The notes under the pieces: generated by a model
What the model was told of the DNA's origin: nothing
The model's database searches: none
What the model saw: the letters and a program-made list of their open reading frames with translations, nothing else
DNA from: Calditrichia bacterium
Lineage (GTDB): Bacteria > Calditrichota > Calditrichia > JAJRVZ01
DNA length: 64,000 bases
NCBI GenBank assembly: GCA_963777955.1
Contig: CAVZSQ010000019.1
Coordinates: 32,001 to 96,000, forward strand
Direction of reading: 5' to 3'
Position numbers and translations under genes: made by a program
Shown here: positions 9,534-19,308 of the stretch, piece after piece
Numbering within the stretch: position 1 is the first letter of the stretch
How the letters are laid out: each line of letters opens with the position of its first letter

Positions 9534-12500
9534 TTAATTTATATTTTCAACTTTTTCCAATTCCTGGTCATCCATATCGGCCAGGGATATAGTGCTCCCC
9601 GCTCTGGTAATATAAGTATAGATAGCCGGAACGATAAACAAGGAGAGGAATGTGCTGAAGACCAACCCGCCAATGACAGCGATACCCATCGGAACTCTGC
9701 TTTCCGAACCGGCACCCAGTGCCAGAGCAATCGGCAGCGTACCTAAAATGGTCGAGAAACTGGTCATCAGGATCGGCCGCAGGCGGGTTACCGAAGCGTC
9801 AACAATAGCCTCATATGTGGAAAGCCCCCTGGCTTTGCGTTGATTGGCAAACTCAACTATTAAAATTCCGTTTTTCGTTACCAGTCCGATTAACATTATT
9901 AATCCGATCTGGCTGAAAATATTGATGGTCTGATTAAAATACCACAGGGATAATAATGCTCCGGCCAGGGCCAGGGGTACGGTGAACATGATGATGAGCG
10001 GATCGCGGAAACTCTCGAACTGGGCGGCCAGGACCAGGTAGACGATCAGCAAGGCCAGTACAAAAGCAAAGGCCAGGCTGGATGAACTTTCCATAAAATC
10101 CCGCGAAGCACCGGCCAGATCATGATCAAAAGTTTCATCCAGAATCCGTGCAGCGACCCGGTCCATGGCGGCGATGCCATCCCCTATCGTATACCCGGGA
10201 GCCAGTCCGGCCGATACTGTTGCGGATATGAAGCGGTTAAAGCGGTAGCGTTGCGGCGGGCTGCTCTGTTCGGATATGTTAACCAGATTGTCCAGTTGCA
10301 CCAGCTGGCCGTATCGATTGCGGACATTCAACGATTTCAGATCCAGCGGCTCATCACGATCATTACGGGACATCTGTCCCAGCACCTGATATTGTTTACC
10401 ATTCATTATGAAATAATCGAATCGCTGACCGCTTAAGGTCAGTTGCAGGGTCTGCGCGATATCAAGTACTGCCACTCCCAGCGTACGGGCCCGCTGCCGG
10501 TCAATTTCAATCCGTAATTCAGGTTTATTGAACTTTAAATTTTCATCAACATACTGGAAAGCAGGATCTTTACGCGCCTCATCCACAAAGCGGGGTAATA
10601 CCTCCCGCAGTTTTTCAAAAGTGGGCGCCTCCAGCACATACTGCACCGGCAATCCTCCGCCGCGGCTGCCGATGGATTGAGCCTGGATTACAAAAGTACG
10701 GGCGGCGCTAAGCGCGGATACACGTCTCGATAAATCAGCCGCGATCTCCTGTTGGGAACGCTGGCGTTGATCGGCATCCTTTAAGATCAATGTAATGACT
10801 CCCGAATTAGTACTGGCCGAACCCCAACCAGGGGAGGTTATCGATATTATTCCTTCTTTCTCCGGAACGCCTTCGGTCACCAGATTGACCATCTGGTCCA
10901 TAAATTGTTGCATAAAATCAAAAGTCGCTCCTTCCGGTGCGGTCGAATTCAGGCGAATTTGACCGCGATCCTCCAGTGGGGACAATTCACTGGGCAGCAT
11001 GGCACCGAACAGCACGATCATTAACAGCGAGATGCCCATGAACACGATTGACCATTTACGCCGGGCCAGAAAATATTCCAACCAGACCCTGTAAGAATTG
11101 GTCATACCCTGGAAAAAGACTTCGGTTTTCAGGTAAATTTTCCCGTGCTGGATTTTGCCTTTCAGGATCCGGGTGGTCAGCATCGGTGTCAACGTCAGCG
11201 AAACAAAAGCGGAGATGATCACAGCTCCGGCCAGCACAATTCCAAACTCCCGGAATAACCGGCCGGTCAGCCCCTGTAAAAAGATTACCGGTAAAAACAC
11301 GGCCACCAGAGCCAGAGTGGTGGCGATAATTGCCACAAATACTTCTTTTGAACCATGTAATCCCGCCGGTATGGAATGAACACCACGTTCAATTTTTGTA
11401 TAGATATTTTCCAGCATGACGATGGCATCATCGACAACGATACCGATGGCCAGCACCAATCCTAGTAAAGTCAGCACGTTGATTGAAAAACCGGCCAGAT
11501 ACATGATGAAAAAAGCACCGATCAGTGAGATAGGCACGGCCAGCACGGGAATTAAAGTAGTCCGTACGTTACGCAGAAAAGCGAAAATTATCAGAATCAC
11601 CAGAATAAGAGCCAGCAGAACCGTTTGCACAACTTCAGTTATTGAGTCGCGAATATATTTCGAGGAATCGAATCCTACTTCTAAGGAGATATCTTGGGGT
11701 AAATCTTTGGAAATCTGATCAATACGCCGGTAGAATTCATCAACAATAGCGATATAATTAGCGCCCGGCTGAGGTATCAGCACTACTCCCACCATGGGAA
11801 TATTATCCCGTTTCATGATCGTCTTTAAATTTTCCGGACCGAGTTCGGCATAACCGACATCTTTAAAACGGATAATCTGGCCGTTGTTTTCCGCCACTAT
11901 CAGGTTGTTAAAATCGTCAACGGTTTCCAGGCGTCCGACAGTGCGCACAGTCAGTTCTGTGGTCATACCTTCCACAGAGCCGGAAGGCAGTTCCACATTT
12001 TCCCGTCTCAGAGCACTTTGAATATCCAGAGGAGTCAGATTATAGGCCGCCAGCCTGGCCGGGTCTATCCATAACCGCATGGCATATAACCGCGCACCCC
12101 AGATATCTACTGCGCTGACCCCTGGAATAGTTTGCACTTTTTCTTTTATGACATTGGTAGCGATATCGGTGAGTTCCAGCAGATCGCGAACCGGGCTGGT
12201 AACATTCAGATTGAATATCGGTACAGCATCCGCATCGGATTTGGTTACTACCGGATTATCGGCATCTGGAGGAAGGCGGCCCATGGCGCGCGAAACACGA
12301 TCACGGATATCATTGGCCGCATCTTCCAAATCTCGATTCAGGTTGAACTCAACCCTGATATTACTGCGCCCTTCCCGGCTCACCGATGAGATAAAGCGGA
12401 TACCTTCGGCCCCGCTGATCGATTCCTCCAATGGTTCGGTTATCTGGGTTTCAATCACATCGGCATTGGCCCCGGTATAGGTTGCCGACACCGAGATAAT

Positions 12501-12629
12501 CGGCGGATCCACATTGGGATATTCACGGACACCCAGGAAGGTATAACCGATAATCCCGAACAGGGTGATAACCAGAGACATTACGATGGCCAGTACCGGC
12601 CGTTTAATACTTACTGCAGATAAACTCAT
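9534..12629 (-). CDS. RND efflux transporter permease (AcrB/AcrD/AcrF family)
   Basis: 1031 aa; 'SIKRPV', 'GIVVDDAIVMLENI', 'GLVTKNGILIVEFA', 'RLRPILMTS'. Confidence 0.96.
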   Translation of the reverse strand: MSLSAVSIKRPVLAIVMSLVITLFGIIGYTFLGVREYPNVDPPIISVSATYTGANADVIETQITEPLEESISGAEGIRFISSVSREGRSNIRVEFNLNRDLEDAANDIRDRVSRAMGRLPPDADNPVVTKSDADAVPIFNLNVTSPVRDLLELTDIATNVIKEKVQTIPGVSAVDIWGARLYAMRLWIDPARLAAYNLTPLDIQSALRRENVELPSGSVEGMTTELTVRTVGRLETVDDFNNLIVAENNGQIIRFKDVGYAELGPENLKTIMKRDNIPMVGVVLIPQPGANYIAIVDEFYRRIDQISKDLPQDISLEVGFDSSKYIRDSITEVVQTVLLALILVILIIFAFLRNVRTTLIPVLAVPISLIGAFFIMYLAGFSINVLTLLGLVLAIGIVVDDAIVMLENIYTKIERGVHSIPAGLHGSKEVFVAIIATTLALVAVFLPVIFLQGLTGRLFREFGIVLAGAVIISAFVSLTLTPMLTTRILKGKIQHGKIYLKTEVFFQGMTNSYRVWLEYFLARRKWSIVFMGISLLMIVLFGAMLPSELSPLEDRGQIRLNSTAPEGATFDFMQQFMDQMVNLVTEGVPEKEGIISITSPGWGSASTNSGVITLILKDADQRQRSQQEIAADLSRRVSALSAARTFVIQAQSIGSRGGGLPVQYVLEAPTFEKLREVLPRFVDEARKDPAFQYVDENLKFNKPELRIEIDRQRARTLGVAVLDIAQTLQLTLSGQRFDYFIMNGKQYQVLGQMSRNDRDEPLDLKSLNVRNRYGQLVQLDNLVNISEQSSPPQRYRFNRFISATVSAGLAPGYTIGDGIAAMDRVAARILDETFDHDLAGASRDFMESSSSLAFAFVLALLIVYLVLAAQFESFRDPLIIMFTVPLALAGALLSLWYFNQTINIFSQIGLIMLIGLVTKNGILIVEFANQRKARGLSTYEAIVDASVTRLRPILMTSFSTILGTLPIALALGAGSESRVPMGIAVIGGLVFSTFLSLFIVPAIYTYITRAGSTISLADMDDQELEKVENIN

Positions 12630-12664
12630 GCTATGATTTTTTCAGCACCAGTTGAATAAAGCAT

Positions 12665-13762
12665 TTATAACTGTATTTCATTTATTTTGGACAGGATGAC
12701 CGGTATGCCGGGCCGTAACTGTAAAATACCGGTAGTGATCACAGTGTCACCCTGTTGCAGGCCGGAAGTAATTTCAATCAGGCGGTTGCTGCGGAATCCG
12801 GTTTCTACCGCTGCTGCCACCGCCTTTCCATTTTTTAACAGGTAGACTTTACTCCCCTGTAACTCGGGGATTAAAGATTCGGTGGGGATCATACAGGTCG
12901 CAGTTTTTTTACCGACTACCAGATCGACATCGGCAAAAGTACCAGGTGTAATATTTTGCTGCTCATTACCGTACAGAGCACGCATATTCAATGTACGTGT
13001 GGCCGGGTCAATTTTAGGTTCAATAGCATAGATCTCCGCTTCATATTTTACGGGACTGTCCTGAAGTCTGAAAAAAACTTTGTTACCCACTTCGACCTGT
13101 CCGGAGTATTTCTCAGGGACGGCAAATTCAATTTTCAGTGGATCTTTATCGATCAGGTTGGCGATTTTAGCATTGGCTAAAATAATTCCACCGGCACTTA
13201 CATAACGCAACCCGATTTCCCCGGTAAAAGGAGCACGGATCTCGGTCTTCTCGATACGCGCATCGGTCAGTGCTTTCTCTGCTTTCAAAGTATTAAGTTT
13301 ATTCAGAGACTGATCGTACATTTCCTGGCTGATGGCCTTAAGTTCAAGTTGTTTACGTTGTCTTAATTCGTTCTGCCGAGCCAGATCTATTTCCAATTGA
13401 GTACGTTGCAACTCCGCCTGTAACTCTAAGTCATTGATTTTTACCAGGAGTTGACCTTTTTTGACGAGTCTACCTTCCTGGAAAAAGATCTGTTCGATTT
13501 TACCGGCTATCTCACTCTGCAGTATCACTTCTTCGTTTGGTTGCAGGGTTCCTGTGGTACGGACCGTCTCTTCAAAGTTTTGTGGATTGACCACAATCAC
13601 ACCAACTGGTAGCGCGGCTTGATCAGCCCCACCGCCGCGAACCGACCGGCCAGTATTGCCGGAAAAGGCAGTCAGTTTGAGTACAACCAGAAGTAGTATC
13701 ACCAGCGCTGAAATAATTATGGTTAACTGCTTTTTATTAAAATTCCTCACCCAATCCAGCAT
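12665..13762 (-). CDS. RND efflux periplasmic adaptor (membrane fusion protein)
   Basis: N-terminal TM, lipoyl halves 'EIAGKIEQIFFQEG..VKKGQLL' and 'IRAPFTG', 'IDPATRT'. Confidence 0.93.
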   Translation of the reverse strand: MLDWVRNFNKKQLTIIISALVILLLVVLKLTAFSGNTGRSVRGGGADQAALPVGVIVVNPQNFEETVRTTGTLQPNEEVILQSEIAGKIEQIFFQEGRLVKKGQLLVKINDLELQAELQRTQLEIDLARQNELRQRKQLELKAISQEMYDQSLNKLNTLKAEKALTDARIEKTEIRAPFTGEIGLRYVSAGGIILANAKIANLIDKDPLKIEFAVPEKYSGQVEVGNKVFFRLQDSPVKYEAEIYAIEPKIDPATRTLNMRALYGNEQQNITPGTFADVDLVVGKKTATCMIPTESLIPELQGSKVYLLKNGKAVAAAVETGFRSNRLIEITSGLQQGDTVITTGILQLRPGIPVILSKINEIQL

Positions 13763-13812
13763 GTTTATTCCTTTTTACCTGTTTGCCTTTTGACCTTTTA
13801 TCCTTTTTACCA

Positions 13813-15636
13813 TCATCCTGCACCTCCCGCTGCCCCGCCTGCACCTGCCCCTGCACCGGCTGAAGCACCGCCACCCACACCCGCTGCGGAACTGAAAGTA
13901 GTACCGGCCACATTAATAACCGAACTTAAGGTGGCCGCCAGACCGCCGACCGGAGATGCACCACCACCGTGAGTGGAGGGCACAAACCAGGGGAAATAGG
14001 TGCCATACTCCTTTTCCGGGACAGTGGCCAGCATATTACGCAATTCTTTTTCTCCTACCCCCAGAGCCAGCGCATATACCAGGTATTGATTGATGGTACC
14101 CAATTTTTGTCGAAGACTTTCGGTTGGGACCTGATAACTTTTAATATAGCGCCGGAATGCCTTCCATTGTTTCTTCTTTAACTTTATATCCGCTGTATAC
14201 CGGAAAATAGTAAAGGACAGTCCCAGACAAACCACACCCCCTAATATGGCAATAAACGCAGACACATCTAAAAAAATTGCCAGCAGCACACCGCTGATAA
14301 TAATAAATATAGAAAATGATACAGCTATAACAGTCGCTTTACTGCTTTCCCGGTCGAACAGGGGGATCGCTTTATAATGTCCTTTAACTAATTTAGACCA
14401 TTTATCAAACCAGCTCCGCACCTTGCTGGACTTTTTATTTAACAGTGCCGGAGTGATCTCATCCGCTTCCCCGGCCAACCGTTCGAATAAAAATAAAATC
14501 AGGTCCTGCTCGTAATCAAGTAGATCCGCTCGCTCCTTTTCAAACTTGCTGCGGTTAAGTTTAAATATGAATTTTTCTTTTTTAGATTGCCACCATTTTT
14601 TTAATTGCTCCGGTCTCTGTTCCAGGGATATAAAACCTTTTCTGGCCAGATCGAACAGGGTCGAGGATAAGGCGGATGAATAGATCTGTTTATCATAATA
14701 AAGCGCACTGACCACCGCCGGCGGCAGATCCTGCGGATAATTAGGATCGATTTCCTGGGTATAAGGTACGGATAATGATTTTCCGTAGTTCAGAAACAGG
14801 TATACCCAGACCAGTGCCCCGGCAGCGCATAAGAACCAACTCCATTGCCTGGCCGACCCGGCCCGCTGTTCGCGGGTTTCAGCATCATGGCTGGCTTGCT
14901 CCCTGCGGCGATTCGCTTCAATTGCCCAGGCAGTCTCTTCCGCAACAGCCGGCGACAGACGGTCCTCATCGATGCGTTGCAGTTGCGCCTGCCCGCTGAT
15001 CCAGCCGGCGGGAAATAGCACCCGTGCTTCCCAGTATTTATATGCCGGCAGGGGTGCTATATAATAGTGTAAGCGGCTATCTTGAAAAGAAACCAGACCA
15101 TTTAAAGGACCATGAGCCCAGGCTTTGACCTGAGAGGTATCGACCGGTTGCGGAAGATCCAGCCATATTTCTACTTTAGCGATTGATTTGGCATTCTCTT
15201 CTCCGACGAACTTGTAATAGAATTCCGCTGCATCATTATAGACAACCACTGCATTGGCTATTTCGTACTGCAATTTAAAGGTTCGTGTTTCATTGCGGGC
15301 CTGATAATACCAGCGGACATAAAATTCTTCAGCGGTTTGATTTACTGAACAGGTACCCGGCTGCTGGTCCTGACTCTCGGTAAATTGAAATGTCCCTTCA
15401 TACAACCGGAATTTCTGCACCTGACCCAGTTTTTCCAGCGGTAAACGATAATCGGCCCAGCTGAACGATCCGCTGAAAACAAACGTCCTGAATTCTTCGA
15501 TACTTAATGTTCCTTCAGCAGAAATAGCAGCATGGATTTGAATTTCGGCTAGTTCATATTCTTTGGCTGCGACTGCAGAAAATAAAAAAAGCAGCAGGCT
15601 TATAACAATGATATAATTCTTAGCGGCCATATTCAT
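13813..15636 (-). CDS. DUF2207 family membrane protein
   Basis: Signal peptide, periplasmic domain, 'LPPAVV', 'TLFDLARKGFI', 'YLVYALALGV', Gly/Ala-rich C-terminal tail. Confidence 0.85.
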   Translation of the reverse strand: MNMAAKNYIIVISLLLFLFSAVAAKEYELAEIQIHAAISAEGTLSIEEFRTFVFSGSFSWADYRLPLEKLGQVQKFRLYEGTFQFTESQDQQPGTCSVNQTAEEFYVRWYYQARNETRTFKLQYEIANAVVVYNDAAEFYYKFVGEENAKSIAKVEIWLDLPQPVDTSQVKAWAHGPLNGLVSFQDSRLHYYIAPLPAYKYWEARVLFPAGWISGQAQLQRIDEDRLSPAVAEETAWAIEANRRREQASHDAETREQRAGSARQWSWFLCAAGALVWVYLFLNYGKSLSVPYTQEIDPNYPQDLPPAVVSALYYDKQIYSSALSSTLFDLARKGFISLEQRPEQLKKWWQSKKEKFIFKLNRSKFEKERADLLDYEQDLILFLFERLAGEADEITPALLNKKSSKVRSWFDKWSKLVKGHYKAIPLFDRESSKATVIAVSFSIFIIISGVLLAIFLDVSAFIAILGGVVCLGLSFTIFRYTADIKLKKKQWKAFRRYIKSYQVPTESLRQKLGTINQYLVYALALGVGEKELRNMLATVPEKEYGTYFPWFVPSTHGGGASPVGGLAATLSSVINVAGTTFSSAAGVGGGASAGAGAGAGGAAGGAG

Positions 15637-15671
15637 ATTCCTGATATTTTTAAAATTCAGATGATCCCGCG

Positions 15672-16799
15672 TCAATCGCCCAGACATATTCCCAGGCGCC
15701 GGGCACTTTCTACCCAGGGGTGATCGACAGGCACATATTTAATTTTACCGGCCACCTCTTCCAGATCAACCGGTGCGGTACTATCTCCTTTCGCTGCTAC
15801 CATCACACCATAAGTTTTCTGAACCAGTATATCGGCACAGGCGGTGCCCAGGCGGGTGGACAACAGGCGATCAGCTGCTGAGGGTGCTCCTCCGCGCTGT
15901 AAATGTCCCAGGATGGTAATCCGTGATTCCAGGCCGGTCAGTTTTTCCAGATCCTGCGCCAGACTCATGGTTTTATTCATGGCCATCAATTCATCAGGCA
16001 ACTCTTCCCGTTTTTTATCTTTTTTCTTTTTATCGTCCCCTTTTTTAGCGTCTTTTTTGTCATCTTCATCGGATTTCAGATTCTGATATTCTTCGCCCGA
16101 GATGGCGCCTTCAGCCAGAGCAACAATACTGAATCTTTTGCCGCTCTGGCTACGTTTGAGGATCGCCTCGGCAATTTTGCTGGTATCATAGGGTATTTCA
16201 GGTATCAGAATCACATCCGCGCCTCCGGAGAGTCCGGATCCCAGAGCCAGCCAGCCGACCTGATGCCCCATAATCTCCACCACCACGATACGGTGATGAC
16301 TGTGCGCCGTGCTATGTAAACGATCAATTGCTTCGGTGGCAATGCCCAGGGCAGTATCATAACCGACAGTTATGTCGGTCAGGGCTACATCATTATCAAT
16401 GGTTTTGGGCAGAGTAACGACATTCAGGCCTTTTTGTTTAAGACGCAGGGCATTTTTCTGAGTACCCCCGCCGCCCAGACATACCAGGGCATCCAGGTGA
16501 TGCCGTTGATAGTTTTCCACGATAACATCGGTCATATCCAGTACTTTACCCCCTACCATCATCCGGTGCGGTTTGTCTCGGCTGGTTCCCAGTATGGTAC
16601 CCCCCTGGGTTAATATTCCGGAGAGCAGGGCATTATCAAGTTGGATACTGCGGTTTTCCATCAGGCCGCGGAAACCGTCGCGAAAACCCAACACCTGCAT
16701 ATGATGATATTCGATGGCCGCTTTTCCTATTCCCCGTAAGGCCGAATTGAGTCCGGGTGAATCTCCGCCTGCCGTTAAAACACCGATTAATTTGGGCAT
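15672..16799 (-). CDS. pfkA: 6-phosphofructokinase (group III / mixed-substrate clade)
   Basis: '[13 protein letters not shown]', 'GGTILGTSR', 'LPKTIDND', 'EIMGH', 'LGHLQRGG'. Confidence 0.93.
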   Translation of the reverse strand: MPKLIGVLTAGGDSPGLNSALRGIGKAAIEYHHMQVLGFRDGFRGLMENRSIQLDNALLSGILTQGGTILGTSRDKPHRMMVGGKVLDMTDVIVENYQRHHLDALVCLGGGGTQKNALRLKQKGLNVVTLPKTIDNDVALTDITVGYDTALGIATEAIDRLHSTAHSHHRIVVVEIMGHQVGWLALGSGLSGGADVILIPEIPYDTSKIAEAILKRSQSGKRFSIVALAEGAISGEEYQNLKSDEDDKKDAKKGDDKKKKDKKREELPDELMAMNKTMSLAQDLEKLTGLESRITILGHLQRGGAPSAADRLLSTRLGTACADILVQKTYGVMVAAKGDSTAPVDLEEVAGKIKYVPVDHPWVESARRLGICLGD

Positions 16800-16892
16800 G
16801 AAATCAATCTCCTTCAGATCAACAACTTGCTTTCATTAATTGTAATGTATCAGAGGGAATTTATAAAATAATCTTGATGAATACAAAGGGTG

Positions 16893-18287
16893 TCATCCCG
16901 GCCTGGAGTACCTTGTCCACAAATAATAAACCGGAATTCCGCCGGCCACGGTCAGCAGTGCCGCCAGCGATTCCACCGGCCGGTTAATAAAAGCGACAAT
17001 CATCAGCACCAGGCTGCCGAAAAGATATATTAACGGTGTAACCGGGTAGCCCCAGGTCCGGACCATATTAACGGAATTGATCTGCCGCTTGCGGGCGATA
17101 AAAATCCCGAGTACAGCCAACCAGGGAAAAATACTCAAAGCGAAACCAAGATAGACCAATAGTTGTTCAAACGTACCGATCAGCAATAAGACAATGGCCA
17201 TGGCTCCCTGTATCACAATAGATCTGCCGGGGACTTCATAGCGAGGATGAATTTTAGCAGCGAAGGAAAAGAACAACCGGTCGCGCGACATGGCAAAATA
17301 AACCCGCGGTCCCAATATAATGAAAGCGCTTAAAGATGAGAGCAGAGCTATGCCGATCAGTATGCCCAGGATTCTGCCGAGCCCTTCTCCCAGCACTGCC
17401 CGCATGGCCGTTTCAAAGACAGTAATCTGGCCGCTCAATTCGGCATAAGGTACCGCCATAAAAATAAACAGATTGAGAATAAGATAAATCAGTATGACCA
17501 GGATAGTACCCAGTATCAGGGACAGTGGCAGATAACGATGCGGATTTTTGATTTCACCGGCGATATAGGCACTGGCATTCCAGCCGCTGTAAGCAAACAT
17601 CACCAGCATCATGGCCGTGCCGAAGGTGAGACCTTCGCCTCCAAATAGTAATGCGAAGGCCTCACCTTTAAATCCCTGCTGGGAGACAATGAATAAATTG
17701 GACCAGCTTTCACCGGTCAGTAATCCCAATAAAACCAATCCGGCCACGATTATGATTTTAAAACCGGTTAGAATATTCTGTACTACCGAACCGTAGCGGA
17801 CTCCCATATAATGTACTGCAGTAAAAACGACTATTATCAGCGAGGCAGACAGTTTGATATATACTCCGGTATGGGCCGGATTAAAACCGGGAATATTCTG
17901 CTGCAGCCCCTGGAAAATATAATTGACCGCGGCCAGTGCCGATGCAGCAATGGGTGCAGAAAAACCCACGAAGAAACTGGTCCAGCCGGTTAGAAATCCT
18001 AAAAGCGGGTGATATAATGTTTTCAAATATATATATTCACCACCCTCTTCAGGCATGCGCGTAGCCAGTTCAGCATAACATAACGCACCGCACATGGCTA
18101 AAATACCACCCAGCAACCAGCAGACTACTACCCACAGCGGTCCAGGCAGATAGGTGGCCATGATCCCGGAGGTAGTGAAAATTCCTGCTCCGATCATATT
18201 AGCTACCACGATACTGGTAGCGGTGATCAGACCGAATTTACGTTGAATAGGTATCGATTTATCAGACTGCTGCTGATGCTGGTTCAT
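16893..18287 (-). CDS. APC family amino acid permease
   Basis: 'VVANMIGAGIF', 'CYAELATRMPEEGGEY', 'FAYSGWN', 'GPRVYFAMSRD'; start placed at ATG 18287. Confidence 0.9.
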   Translation of the reverse strand: MNQHQQQSDKSIPIQRKFGLITATSIVVANMIGAGIFTTSGIMATYLPGPLWVVVCWLLGGILAMCGALCYAELATRMPEEGGEYIYLKTLYHPLLGFLTGWTSFFVGFSAPIAASALAAVNYIFQGLQQNIPGFNPAHTGVYIKLSASLIIVVFTAVHYMGVRYGSVVQNILTGFKIIIVAGLVLLGLLTGESWSNLFIVSQQGFKGEAFALLFGGEGLTFGTAMMLVMFAYSGWNASAYIAGEIKNPHRYLPLSLILGTILVILIYLILNLFIFMAVPYAELSGQITVFETAMRAVLGEGLGRILGILIGIALLSSLSAFIILGPRVYFAMSRDRLFFSFAAKIHPRYEVPGRSIVIQGAMAIVLLLIGTFEQLLVYLGFALSIFPWLAVLGIFIARKRQINSVNMVRTWGYPVTPLIYLFGSLVLMIVAFINRPVESLAALLTVAGGIPVYYLWTRYSRPG

Positions 18288-18336
18288 TAAATCTGTAACT
18301 CCGCTTCCCGTACAATTGATCCGGATCAGATCCAAT

Positions 18337-18939
18337 TTACTCTTTGATCCGGTAAATATAAATATTATCCTGCGGTAAAAATTCCAGCAACTCAACCAGG
18401 ACAAATTTTGATTCCTGCATGATAGCAAGCACTTTATTTTTAGTATAAAAATGTCTCTGATCTTGCTTTAATTTGTCCGCGTCCGGATCAATGATCACCA
18501 GCAAAGCACCAGGTTTCAAAGCGGGGATAATGTTATTGATGAGCTTTACCGGTTTACTAAGATCATGGAATACCCGCATCATCACTACTAAATCTAATTG
18601 AGCCGGCGGAAACAATGGATCTTCGACTTTCCCCAGAATCGTTGTGATATTATTGATCTTTTTTTCCCGGCACTCCGTATTAATCCGGTCCAGTACCCGT
18701 TGTGCAATATCATTGGCATAGATGTGTCCGGAGGGCCCCACCCGTTGAGCCAGTTTAAAGGTAAAATAACCTTCTCCTGCCCCCACTTCCCCGATCACCA
18801 TACCCTGCCTGACACCCAGTGTATCTATTATTCTATCCGGTTGCTGCCATTTGTCACGGTCTTCTGCAAATCCACAGTTGAACATAAGATTCAGCATCAA
18901 AACTACCAGGAAATTAAATGCAACAATCCGTCTGCTCAT
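18337..18939 (-). CDS. Class I SAM-dependent methyltransferase with N-terminal signal-like peptide
   Basis: 'RDKWQQPD', motif I 'VIGEVGAGEGYF', 'LKPGA'. Confidence 0.85.
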   Translation of the reverse strand: MSRRIVAFNFLVVLMLNLMFNCGFAEDRDKWQQPDRIIDTLGVRQGMVIGEVGAGEGYFTFKLAQRVGPSGHIYANDIAQRVLDRINTECREKKINNITTILGKVEDPLFPPAQLDLVVMMRVFHDLSKPVKLINNIIPALKPGALLVIIDPDADKLKQDQRHFYTKNKVLAIMQESKFVLVELLEFLPQDNIYIYRIKE

Positions 18940-19308
18940 TAAATACTCCTTTTGTTTATAATCTCAGATTGAAGTGACAAAAGAATGTAATTCTCTCTAT
19001 GTTTTTACGTAGCGGATTTAATTTTGTGTCAAAGTTCTTGACCGGAAACCAGGCAAGGGGCTATTCCCGGCAATGCACAAATTATAATCACAAATGAAAG
19101 ACAATATACAGTTTTATTGTGAATGATATAATTTTATTGCATGGCCGCGTTTCATATTTTAAATTGCAGAAGCATATAAAACATCATTGTACTTGATTAT
19201 ATTTGATTGCCACTGGTATCAGTAAAACCAGTTTCAGCAGATAACAAGTTTCCCAGCTGATTTTGATCCGGCAGTGTAGATGTATCACTGCTATTGGAAG
19301 GAAGGATA

